A stretch of DNA of 63,558 nucleotides, filler included, from Aduncisulcus paluster (Eukaryota), in NCBI GenBank assembly GCA_024181965.1. It is 5 parts of 5 records of this genome, joined end to end, with 100 filler letters (N's around TTAATTAATTAA, not from the genome) between each part and the next. Parts side by side here need not be neighbours in the genome. Positions count along the whole stretch, not along the records: positions 20,951 to 38,865 come from BQXS01011108.1; 4 more parts are not named here. One strand, written 5' to 3'. Shown piece by piece: positions 23,719-33,175 of this stretch. Numbering within the stretch: position 1 is the stretch's first letter; each line of letters opens with the position of its first letter. A program made the position numbers and the translations under genes. Below the pieces are notes generated by a model. The model did no database searches. It was not told where the DNA came from and saw nothing but the letters and a program-made list of their open reading frames with translations.

Positions 23719-26700
23719 ATGGGTGTGCAATCTCATACTAGTTCTCACTTATCTCGTGATTCAAAGTCCCTCGCTAAACTCGCCAAGTTACAGGCTAAGT
23801 TACAGCATTATGATAAGAAATTCGTATCTGGAAGTGGATTAGGACATATTACAACCAGAAGAGCGGCTGCAAGGCAGGCTTTTCAGCTCTCTTCATCCAA
23901 GACTGAAAAGATTGATTCCACTCATCTGCTATGGCATGTCCGTCTTCTACTTTGTGAATCGAAAGATAAAGAATCATATTCAGATATTATAAAAAAGGCC
24001 CAAAAAACGTATCAAAAACTCAAATCAAGTGAACTTTCATCTAAATCATCGTCCCTCCCTTCTACCCCAATTACAATGTCATCATTGTTCTATCACGCAT
24101 GTAATTGTGCTGTCTCTTGCGTGTCTTGTGGACTCATGATGGATACAACGCACTCTGTGTCTTCCATTTCTCTTCCTCGTATTCTCCCTCCCCCTCATCC
24201 TATCATCATTCCTGTGTTGCATGAATCTGAAGATTGTGATGAAGAATCAAATCTCAATGAAAATATTTTATCCAATATGATGGAATTACTCCAGAAATAT
24301 TCTCTTGAAATACTTCCAGAATCATCATCTGATTCCAAGCTTTCAAAGAGCTCCTCTTCATCATCAAAGCATGTTGACTTCACTAAACTATCCCATTCAC
24401 TTCTAAAACGTTCGGAGATGTCATCTTTGTGTGAGCTTGTGTATTTATGTGTGATTTGCTACATTCTCTCGTCTCTGTCCAATTCTCCTTATTTGACACA
24501 TTCCCTTGCTCGATTAGTATATAATCAAAGTGGATATCACATGGCTCATACCTCCTTGCTCTCTCCCCTGTGTTCTATCCTTATTCATTGTCATATATTC
24601 TTTGGAACTGAAGCTCGATATGTCCTGACTCATGTTCTTGTGCTGTTGAAGAGTAGATATCGTGAATCGATGGCCATTCCGTTGTGTGCTCACCTTTGTA
24701 TGCTGTATGGTGTCGGTTGTATTCATTCTTTGCCCCATCCATGCATATTCCTCACTGGGTGGAGAAAGAAAGCATGTATGCTAACTGAAAGAGGCGATAA
24801 AAATGATCAGAAAACATCAGTACAACATCATGCTGTTTCTCAACAAGATTCTTCATCCTCTTCTCGTGGTGTGCAGGGTCATTTTATTCGTGCTGTCGGG
24901 ATATTTGAGAAATATTGTGTGTCATCTTCAGCTTCAAAAGGCATTAAGTCGGGACATAAAAAAGATCATATCAAACCTCCTCTTCCTTCTTCTTCCGCTC
25001 TTCCTCTCTCTTTCTTGCTCTCATTGGTTATTCATCTTGGTGGCTTTGGACATCAAAGTGTATTTTTATCGCCAAATCTATGTTTAAGGCTGATCTCAAT
25101 AGCCAGATATTATCATTGGATCCTTGATGAGAGCATAATCAACACTCTAAAGTTTCTCAGAGCATATAGAGATGGGAAGAAAGGGAAAATGGATGGTAAT
25201 TGCATTGATGAGTTGTTTTCTGCTCTTGTAACTGATTGCAAAGTGATTCTTATCAAAGAGGCCGAACAAAAAACTAACTATGAAGTTCCAGTGAAGTTTC
25301 ATCCTTTGTCTATTGCTGTGTGGAAATTTGTCAGACAACGCACAAAGAGCCACGATCCTGATTTCATCCATTCCATGGATAAAAATGTATTAAATGGAAA
25401 GATTACCTCTGGAATTGCCTATTCACATGCCCTTCTTGAATATCTTGCTCAAACAAAATCTATCAAAACTCAATTTGACTCAATTCATCGAGATTTTATA
25501 TATTGCAATTGGAAAAATATTCATACAAATATTCAGTCAAAAGGAAAAGGAACAAAAAAAGATGATATTGTTTCATCCTTCTCTCTTGAAACTCTTGAAC
25601 ATCTCTGTCCTATTCATATTCCTCTTGCTCTCTCCTCCTCTTTTCCTCCCCAACCATTCAAATCACTGGAAAGTTCCCTGGTTTCTCTGCTTTTTAATGC
25701 GTCAAAGCTTAAATCTATCCCTTTAATTAAATCTATATGCCAATTATTCTTGCATCGTTGTTTGTCAAGTCATTTGATGCATTTTCTGTTGTTTTGTAGT
25801 GTTTCGAAGGAATCTGACATGAATTTTGAGGAAATATCATACTATATCAATGATTTATACTTGGATAGTTCGATTATTAAAGACAGTTTCATTAAAGACG
25901 ATATTAAATGTTGTCCAAGTTCATTAATAAGAAAGAACAATGGAAATGTAATGTATATTTTCATTTCGCCAGCTCCCATTTCTTCGTTTGCTTCCTTGAC
26001 GACCAAAACATCCCCCAAAGCATCATGCTATCTGTGTATATCCTTTTCCTTGGATAATCCAGAGAAATTAGAGGAAAGAAAAGACATTAGAGCATTTTCT
26101 AGACTATCGAATGGGGCTATTTCAGTTCGGTTACCCCTGTTTGAGTTTGGAATCGCTCAAACAAAATATGATTCGAAACAGACAAAGATGAGAAAGAAGA
26201 ATTGTTCCTCTTTGCTTTCTCAGATAATGTCTTATATGAAACTTGAGCAAGAGCAGAGAGAGAAAGAGCAGAGAGAGAAAGAAGAGGGAGAGGAAGAGGA
26301 GGAAGAAGAAGAGGGAGAGGAAGAAGAAGAGGGAGAGGAAGAAGAGGAAGAAGAGGAAGAAGAGGAAGAAGAGGGAGAGGAAGAACTTCAATCTTCATCC
26401 TTGGGTGATGATATGGCAGATTGTCCAAGTATCTCAAAAAATAGTGATAATTCTGAAGATGATGATTCTCTCATTCGATATGAACATCCAGAAGGAAATG
26501 AAAGTGATGTGAGTTTGAGTTCCCTTGAAAAATATTCAAATCATTCCTGTCTCGTATCGTCCTATTCCTTCCTCTCTCTTGACCATTCTTCCTCTTGTTT
26601 GGCTCTATTCTCTTCCTTCGCAAACTCTCTTTACAAAGTTGAACAACACAGTGAAGAACTCAAGACAAATGAGCTTTTGGATAAACGATTGTCGTCAGGG

Positions 26701-28971
26701 GAAAAGGGTGACATTGAAGAGGAACAGGAACTTTCAGATGATCAACAGATTAAAACAAGCCAGTCTCATCAATTTTTTAAGGAAAGACTGAGAATTGACA
26801 ATGAATTGGGCGAATGTCTCAAATCGATGAAATACGCTTGGGTGGGATCATACAGATATTTATTCACCGGATTTGCTGCAAAGGATGATCATAATCACTT
26901 ATTTGCATCTCTATTTACTAATTATGCAATAGGTTCAACTAAAAATAGAATTTTCTCAGATATCAATAATTCTATTTTTAGCATCATATCACCAATTGTT
27001 AATTATTCTATCTCTTCATGGTGTTCTGAGATTATTCAGACCGAACATGGAGATAAACAATCAGATCCTAGTGATATTCATGATAATTATATTTATAGAA
27101 GCATAAAGAACTCAAACATCCATGATATATTGACACTGACTCTTTGTGGAATAATTTCCTCACAAGTTGACTCTCTCCATCAGGCAGTTCCAACGAACAT
27201 CACGGGCAAAACGTTGAAGAAAAAGAAAATGGGAAGTTCGAAGATGGCTAAAAGGTCTTTGGGAAGTGAAAGCCAACAACATCGAGAAGATATCCTGGAA
27301 TTAGATTCTTTTATTTTCTCTCCTAAAGTTATTCTTCCATTATTGTCGATATTTTGTCAACATTTGTTTCTTTTCCATGCGAATCCATGCTCCTCTCCTC
27401 GAATTCTGGCTTTGTTCTCATTGTTACATAAATATGAAATTATTCCCGAATGTTTTGCATTTTTGGAATGGGAATTGCGCTGCTATTTATGGAATTTGAG
27501 AAAGAACCAAGATGATATGGAAGAATTAACAGATGATCAAAGCTCTAAAACAGATGAACATCTCATTGAGAAAATGAAGGAAGAGGAAGAACAAGACGAA
27601 GAGGTTAAGAAAACGTTAAAATCTAAGAGGGGGCGCAAAAGTCAGGCCACAAAACTTGAATTGCATGAAATTGAGCAAAGAAAACAGGCGAGAATGCTTT
27701 CTCTGATTGATATTGAAGCCAGAAAGAAAGATCGTCGGCGAAGAGCAAAATTACGTTCCAATTCTGCTTTTAAAATGGAAGAAGAAAAACAGATATGGTC
27801 AAAGAATCCTGATTTTAAGTCTGCAATTGTGTGCTCCCACCATATTCATAGTATCTCCGGCATTTCATCTTCTTCTGAAACAAATTACATATCATTCATG
27901 CGTCCTATATTCGATATTGTCTTATCTCTGCGTTTCATGATAATTAATGGTGAATATCCTTCGTGTCTTAATAGTTGGATATCTCAGAAAAGAATGGTGT
28001 TCCACTCGGACAGTGCCATCGATTGTGCTCAAAGTCAAGATTATCTTGAAGAAAGAAGAGAGAGTGCCGAGACTGTCGCATCTGCTTTTGATTCGCTTTC
28101 TCTTGAAACTCGCGATTCAAAACAGAATCCTTCAAATATTTCAGATCAAAATGATTTTTCTCAATCTAATTCTTTCGTAATGCTATCTCTTCCTCCTTTT
28201 TTACACGCACTTCCTATTGAACAAATTGTGTTTGAGTCCCATTATCAGAACATTTCAAGGGTACCAAACTATTCATTATCTTCTCAAGAAGAAGAGGAAG
28301 AGAGAGGAGAACATTATTCAGATGAAAAGTCTGAATCAACAACATCTAGGGTCGAACCGGATGAAACTGGTGTGTATATTGTCAATCCAGATGGTTCTCT
28401 TCCGTCTCTCTCCTCTCTTTCTTCGTACTTGACTTCTGTTGCCGATTTGCATGGGTCTGTTGGATACCCTCCACTTCCACATCCCTCTATTCTCAATTCT
28501 ATTTTCTCACTTCCATTCTATTTTTATGTTGGTCATGGGGGCGGTGAACGACTTATTTCTGGGGGTCAATGGGAAAAATATATGTGTCGTGAAGAATTCT
28601 CTTCTCTTCCACCGACAATGGAAAAGAGTTCATTCACATTTTCTTCTTTATTCTCAAGAATCATGTCTCACCCACCACAGAAAGTGTCCACGTCGTTTCT
28701 CTTTGGTTGTGCAAGTGCATACGATGGTTCTGGCCCAAGGTCTATAAGCAGAATGTTTTCTTGTGGATGCGAGTGTGTAATAGGGTTCTTATGGGATGTG
28801 ACAACCACAGATGTGAAGAAAATGTTTGAATATGTCATTGAAGAATGGAGAAAGGGGGAGAAATCTATCGGAAATGTGATTGATGAAGCACGTAAGATAG
28901 CTTCACTCAGACAACTCAATGGTAATGCCTTGGTTGTGTATGGAAATTCAAGTCTTATATTCAATCCTTGA
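23719..28971 (+). CDS. ESP1: Separase (peptidase C50)
   Basis: C-terminal motifs LHALPIEQ, ISRVP, YIVNPDGSL, YVGHGGG (catalytic His), LFGCAS (catalytic Cys), GFLWDVT, LNGNALVVYG. First ATG at 23719. Confidence 0.9.
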   Translation: MGVQSHTSSHLSRDSKSLAKLAKLQAKLQHYDKKFVSGSGLGHITTRRAAARQAFQLSSSKTEKIDSTHLLWHVRLLLCESKDKESYSDIIKKAQKTYQKLKSSELSSKSSSLPSTPITMSSLFYHACNCAVSCVSCGLMMDTTHSVSSISLPRILPPPHPIIIPVLHESEDCDEESNLNENILSNMMELLQKYSLEILPESSSDSKLSKSSSSSSKHVDFTKLSHSLLKRSEMSSLCELVYLCVICYILSSLSNSPYLTHSLARLVYNQSGYHMAHTSLLSPLCSILIHCHIFFGTEARYVLTHVLVLLKSRYRESMAIPLCAHLCMLYGVGCIHSLPHPCIFLTGWRKKACMLTERGDKNDQKTSVQHHAVSQQDSSSSSRGVQGHFIRAVGIFEKYCVSSSASKGIKSGHKKDHIKPPLPSSSALPLSFLLSLVIHLGGFGHQSVFLSPNLCLRLISIARYYHWILDESIINTLKFLRAYRDGKKGKMDGNCIDELFSALVTDCKVILIKEAEQKTNYEVPVKFHPLSIAVWKFVRQRTKSHDPDFIHSMDKNVLNGKITSGIAYSHALLEYLAQTKSIKTQFDSIHRDFIYCNWKNIHTNIQSKGKGTKKDDIVSSFSLETLEHLCPIHIPLALSSSFPPQPFKSLESSLVSLLFNASKLKSIPLIKSICQLFLHRCLSSHLMHFLLFCSVSKESDMNFEEISYYINDLYLDSSIIKDSFIKDDIKCCPSSLIRKNNGNVMYIFISPAPISSFASLTTKTSPKASCYLCISFSLDNPEKLEERKDIRAFSRLSNGAISVRLPLFEFGIAQTKYDSKQTKMRKKNCSSLLSQIMSYMKLEQEQREKEQREKEEGEEEEEEEEGEEEEEGEEEEEEEEEEEEEGEEELQSSSLGDDMADCPSISKNSDNSEDDDSLIRYEHPEGNESDVSLSSLEKYSNHSCLVSSYSFLSLDHSSSCLALFSSFANSLYKVEQHSEELKTNELLDKRLSSGEKGDIEEEQELSDDQQIKTSQSHQFFKERLRIDNELGECLKSMKYAWVGSYRYLFTGFAAKDDHNHLFASLFTNYAIGSTKNRIFSDINNSIFSIISPIVNYSISSWCSEIIQTEHGDKQSDPSDIHDNYIYRSIKNSNIHDILTLTLCGIISSQVDSLHQAVPTNITGKTLKKKKMGSSKMAKRSLGSESQQHREDILELDSFIFSPKVILPLLSIFCQHLFLFHANPCSSPRILALFSLLHKYEIIPECFAFLEWELRCYLWNLRKNQDDMEELTDDQSSKTDEHLIEKMKEEEEQDEEVKKTLKSKRGRKSQATKLELHEIEQRKQARMLSLIDIEARKKDRRRRAKLRSNSAFKMEEEKQIWSKNPDFKSAIVCSHHIHSISGISSSSETNYISFMRPIFDIVLSLRFMIINGEYPSCLNSWISQKRMVFHSDSAIDCAQSQDYLEERRESAETVASAFDSLSLETRDSKQNPSNISDQNDFSQSNSFVMLSLPPFLHALPIEQIVFESHYQNISRVPNYSLSSQEEEEERGEHYSDEKSESTTSRVEPDETGVYIVNPDGSLPSLSSLSSYLTSVADLHGSVGYPPLPHPSILNSIFSLPFYFYVGHGGGERLISGGQWEKYMCREEFSSLPPTMEKSSFTFSSLFSRIMSHPPQKVSTSFLFGCASAYDGSGPRSISRMFSCGCECVIGFLWDVTTTDVKKMFEYVIEEWRKGEKSIGNVIDEARKIASLRQLNGNALVVYGNSSLIFNP
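26251..26385 (+). repeat. Purine-rich GAG/GAA low-complexity repeat encoding a poly-Glu tract in separase
   Basis: EQREKEQREKEEGEEEEEEEEGEEEEE...; repeated GAGGGAGAGGAAGAA units. Confidence 0.9.
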
Positions 28972-29259
28972 CTTGTGGCATATAATAGTTAAATTTCTGA
29001 CAAATTTTTCTTAGTTGGGTCTCGATTTTGAAAATAAATTATTTTTTTATCGAAACAATGATATGATTCTTAATTTTCCCATCGAACAAAGATATCGAAA
29101 AATGGACTTATTGTTGAGTTCTTTATTGGTTTTATGTTTTAGACAACTTGAGTCGTATTAGCCAAGGAAAACATTCTCATACTATTTAAATATTCTGAGA
29201 AAATCCACACCAGATGAAGATCTACCAAAAGATGGAGAAACACTGTCATCAACCCATCT

Positions 29260-32200
29260 TCATTTACAGTTCTTAAGGTATCTGGCATAATCTTCATCAA
29301 AAATAGATCCTTTACCCTCATCCGGTGTCTTCAATAAATATTTTAATCGCTCTCCCTCAAGGGACACACTTGTCAAATCAGAATGAGCTTGACACCATTC
29401 CATTTGTCCATCGAATCTAGGAGACAAGCTCGAAACAAGCTCTGGAATTGTTGATAACATTGATACTAACTTACCCCACATTGGAATTCCAAGCTTTTGT
29501 TTCTGATGCTTCAGTTTATCAAACCAACCCTCAAGAAAACTGTCAATTTTGAGAAATATCTTTTGGGCATTTGATGATACGCAACATAAATTAGCCATAA
29601 ACAACAGAAAATATTCATTATCATTCTCAGCAATAAAATCATCCTCTTGATGGGTCACGAACTCGAAAACACATGGGAACAACGAGAAAGCTTCTTCACA
29701 AGTTATTGAATTCGGTGCATTATCTTCGTAAGACCATGTGATATTCTTCAGGATAACCATCCATCTCCCGGATATTTTGTAATGTGGGAATGATTTCAGC
29801 CAACGTTTAAGATAGGGTTTAATCAATGAGAGCAATGTAGTCATTGTTGGCAAAAGTGGACAATGTGATATATTAAAGAGTAAAATTGACACCATGTTTG
29901 GAAGTTCACCAACCAATTTCCCCCTTTTTCCCATATCAAGGAAATGTTGAAGTGAAGATGCAAGCTTCGGAAAAATAACATACCTCTTGTCTGCCACAAG
30001 ATGAGTATAGTTAACACAAATTCTAATAAATATACTGTGAATGTCATCTTCTAACTTTATAAGATTTGAGAGATGCTCAAAGAAAGTCTCAATGAGATGA
30101 TTTAAATCCGGAATAGGAAGAGAGATTTCATTGTTTGCATAATTATGCAAAACAAACATTTCTAAACAAAAACAACATAGGATGATCTCTTTTCGATTCT
30201 GTTTAATCTGCTTTTTGGTTTGGAAGGGAATTGAAACGAACACCGCATTAATAGAATCATAATATTTTCGATAAATTTTTGATTTTGACTCCTCGTTTGC
30301 CGATTGTCTGATAGTTTCAATGATATTATCCCATTTCTTCAAATCAGGGTGTGTATGACTGAAATATCTTGAACAACTATAAAGATACCCTCCATAGTTC
30401 ATGCACCATTCCATATTATTGTCATATTTAGGCGACAATTTAGGAACAAGGGATGGGATTGTAGAGAAATTAGAAAGAAGCTGTGCCCAAAAAATACTCC
30501 CCCTATGATGATGTTCCTTCTTGATTGCTCTAAACCAACCATCAAGCAGATCTCCTATCCCACGATGAATCTCAATGATATGAGACGAATCACTGCACAA
30601 GTTTGAGAAGAAGAACATTACGTTTTCATTTTTCTCTTCAATAATCCTTCCTCCAACAAACTCTTCCCTTGTAACATCAAGAACCGGCTCATACAATGCC
30701 CAAGCATCTGAACATATCTCTTTGATAGGAATATTCTCATCGAATAACCATGTGATATTCACAAGAATTGTCATCCACGTCCCCTTCCACCAACTAATTG
30801 TCGAATAAGATTTAAACCACTGGCTAAAACATGGTTTGATTAGGGTTAAAAGACTTTGCCCAGTGGAAGATGAACAATGGAAGGAAATATTTCTGAGGGT
30901 CATCACCATTGAGAAGGCAACATCACCACTCAATTCTTCTTTGCTTCCCCAATCAAAAATTCTTTGGAATGCAGGGGTTATTTTTGGAAAGAAAGAATCA
31001 AGTTTGTCATGAATTTGGAAAGTATAACCGCTGCAGATTTCACAAAATTCTTGAAAAACGTCATTTCCCAACATTTCTTCGATTTGCAATATATGATCAA
31101 AAAAAGTATCAAATAGATCATTAATATCAGTAATTGATAGAAAAACGGGAGTTTTTTCATGGGTATATTCAAGAAAATACGATAAACACTTACAGCATTG
31201 GATAACCTCTGTTTTGAGCTTTCCTTCCCATCGTGGTGACAAAAATGCAACAAAAATTGTTTCAATCGCATCACGATTTTGATAATATAGTTTAGATTTC
31301 TCCTCTTCATTTCGACACGCACATATATAAGCCCACAAATAATCACACTTTTGAATAGCACGATTAACATCATCCAGAGAAATTTCTTTCTTACATTCTT
31401 CTTCTTCTTCTTCTTCTTCTTTGTCTTTGCCCTCACTCTTGTAAATTTTTCCCTCTTCACTCTCATTTTTACCTTCACAAACCCCATTTTTTTCATTTGA
31501 GCAAGATATCGTAGAAGAAATTTGGCTCAATCCTTCATCCCATTTATGGTCTAATTTTAGATCAGGAATCAATGAAACTTCAGCTTTTAGCTCACTTGGA
31601 AGAGATGGATTCTCTTTGAGCTTACTAGAAATGATGTCTTCTATCCGGGGACATTTCCACCCCTGACCGATTCTTGGAAGGAGAGATTTAACGGATTGTA
31701 CCTTCATACGAGCATCATGTACACTCATACGATCATCAATTTTTAACTTTGTCAATCCTTCGAACACTTCATTCAAACAGGAATAAACAGCTTTGTACTT
31801 TCCACCATCAATGGTCTTAAGAGACTGAAAAAGGCAAGACCCAGAGAGTTTTGGAGCAGTTCCATTTGATATCACTTCCTTTAATCCCTTAACATATTCA
31901 CATGGTTCGAGGAATTGAAGACACGGCATATTGAACAAGGGGTTAATCCCTTCAAACAAAGCTTGAATAGACATTCCAAGAGAGTAAGCATCACTTTTTT
32001 GGCTCTGACGACCCTCAAGAGCTTCGTATGAGTTGTATACAAGTGTTCCAATAATAGATTTTTTGCGGGCAGTTATTTTAGTTTCATCATGGGGTTTAGA
32101 AGAAGAGGAAGAACCAGCTGAACTCCCACCCAAAAATGAAGAGGATATAGAACTTCGAATCTCAGCCAAACCAAGATCACCAAGAATAATAGAACATTTC

Positions 32201-32862
32201 TCACTTCTCGAATCTGGATTAAAGCGAACAAGAAAGTTATCAGGTTTGATATCTCGGTGAATTAATCTGGGTTTTGCTGTGAATACATCATCAAGACATT
32301 CAATCATTCCAATACATAAAGAACTAACTCTGACAGGGTTTAAATCTAATGGGTCAGGGTGACGACTCAATTCCTCAAACTTTGAATCCTCGGAGTCAGT
32401 TGTTTCGGAGTCTTCTTCGTCTGTTTCTCTCATGCACCAACTTCTAGAAAAGTCTTTTACACTTCCTCCTTGACAATATTCCATCAAAAATCCATAAATT
32501 CCGCAAAAATTTTCATCAAGAAGATCAAGGATGTATAAGGGACGTGGAATTCTATTGAAACACTTGGGATTCATAAAAAGTTTTTGTTGATAATTAAATT
32601 CCGTTCTACAATTTTGCAAAACCCTTTCATCACGTATATTGCGCATAATTTTCAGCATACAATAAGGGAATGGGATCCCTGCAAGTTTAACAAGAATAAC
32701 GTCGCCAAAACCACCACTTCCAAAGATACACAATGGAATAATATTTGAGGCTGATGTAAGAATGTTAGAATTATGTTTTTCTTTAATATATTTAGTTTCC
32801 GATGAAGTTGTCTCTTCACTCTCTAATGAAGATGATTTTGAAATGACATTTTCCTTTTCCAT
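29260..32862 (-). CDS. Ser/Thr protein kinase fused to two tandem ~337-aa helical domains
   Basis: GSGGFG loop, beta3 Lys (MLK), HRDIKPDN, DLG, GTLVYNSYE, SDAYSLG; C-terminal two-thirds is an internal duplication. Confidence 0.92.
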   Translation of the reverse strand: MEKENVISKSSSLESEETTSSETKYIKEKHNSNILTSASNIIPLCIFGSGGFGDVILVKLAGIPFPYCMLKIMRNIRDERVLQNCRTEFNYQQKLFMNPKCFNRIPRPLYILDLLDENFCGIYGFLMEYCQGGSVKDFSRSWCMRETDEEDSETTDSEDSKFEELSRHPDPLDLNPVRVSSLCIGMIECLDDVFTAKPRLIHRDIKPDNFLVRFNPDSRSEKCSIILGDLGLAEIRSSISSSFLGGSSAGSSSSSKPHDETKITARKKSIIGTLVYNSYEALEGRQSQKSDAYSLGMSIQALFEGINPLFNMPCLQFLEPCEYVKGLKEVISNGTAPKLSGSCLFQSLKTIDGGKYKAVYSCLNEVFEGLTKLKIDDRMSVHDARMKVQSVKSLLPRIGQGWKCPRIEDIISSKLKENPSLPSELKAEVSLIPDLKLDHKWDEGLSQISSTISCSNEKNGVCEGKNESEEGKIYKSEGKDKEEEEEEEECKKEISLDDVNRAIQKCDYLWAYICACRNEEEKSKLYYQNRDAIETIFVAFLSPRWEGKLKTEVIQCCKCLSYFLEYTHEKTPVFLSITDINDLFDTFFDHILQIEEMLGNDVFQEFCEICSGYTFQIHDKLDSFFPKITPAFQRIFDWGSKEELSGDVAFSMVMTLRNISFHCSSSTGQSLLTLIKPCFSQWFKSYSTISWWKGTWMTILVNITWLFDENIPIKEICSDAWALYEPVLDVTREEFVGGRIIEEKNENVMFFFSNLCSDSSHIIEIHRGIGDLLDGWFRAIKKEHHHRGSIFWAQLLSNFSTIPSLVPKLSPKYDNNMEWCMNYGGYLYSCSRYFSHTHPDLKKWDNIIETIRQSANEESKSKIYRKYYDSINAVFVSIPFQTKKQIKQNRKEIILCCFCLEMFVLHNYANNEISLPIPDLNHLIETFFEHLSNLIKLEDDIHSIFIRICVNYTHLVADKRYVIFPKLASSLQHFLDMGKRGKLVGELPNMVSILLFNISHCPLLPTMTTLLSLIKPYLKRWLKSFPHYKISGRWMVILKNITWSYEDNAPNSITCEEAFSLFPCVFEFVTHQEDDFIAENDNEYFLLFMANLCCVSSNAQKIFLKIDSFLEGWFDKLKHQKQKLGIPMWGKLVSMLSTIPELVSSLSPRFDGQMEWCQAHSDLTSVSLEGERLKYLLKTPDEGKGSIFDEDYARYLKNCK

Positions 32863-33175
32863 TCAAAATTACTTGTTTTTTTTATCAATTATGCAATTAA
32901 AAACGAAATAATAGAAAAAAGAGAAAGTACAAATTGAATTCTTTATAAATCGGAGAATAGTCAGTTAGAATCAAACTCATAAAATGTACAAAAGAAAATA
33001 TTCAAAGAGAGAAGAAATTTAAACATACAATTGTTGATATGTTGCCAAACAAGCTAGAAAATCATTTTTGAGCTTGTCACCTACTTGAACGAGATTTCAT
33101 ATTTTTGAAAATAAAATTCTCCATGAAATATCGTATAATATTTTTATTTATTGCCAATTTCCTTCTATTTAAGGT

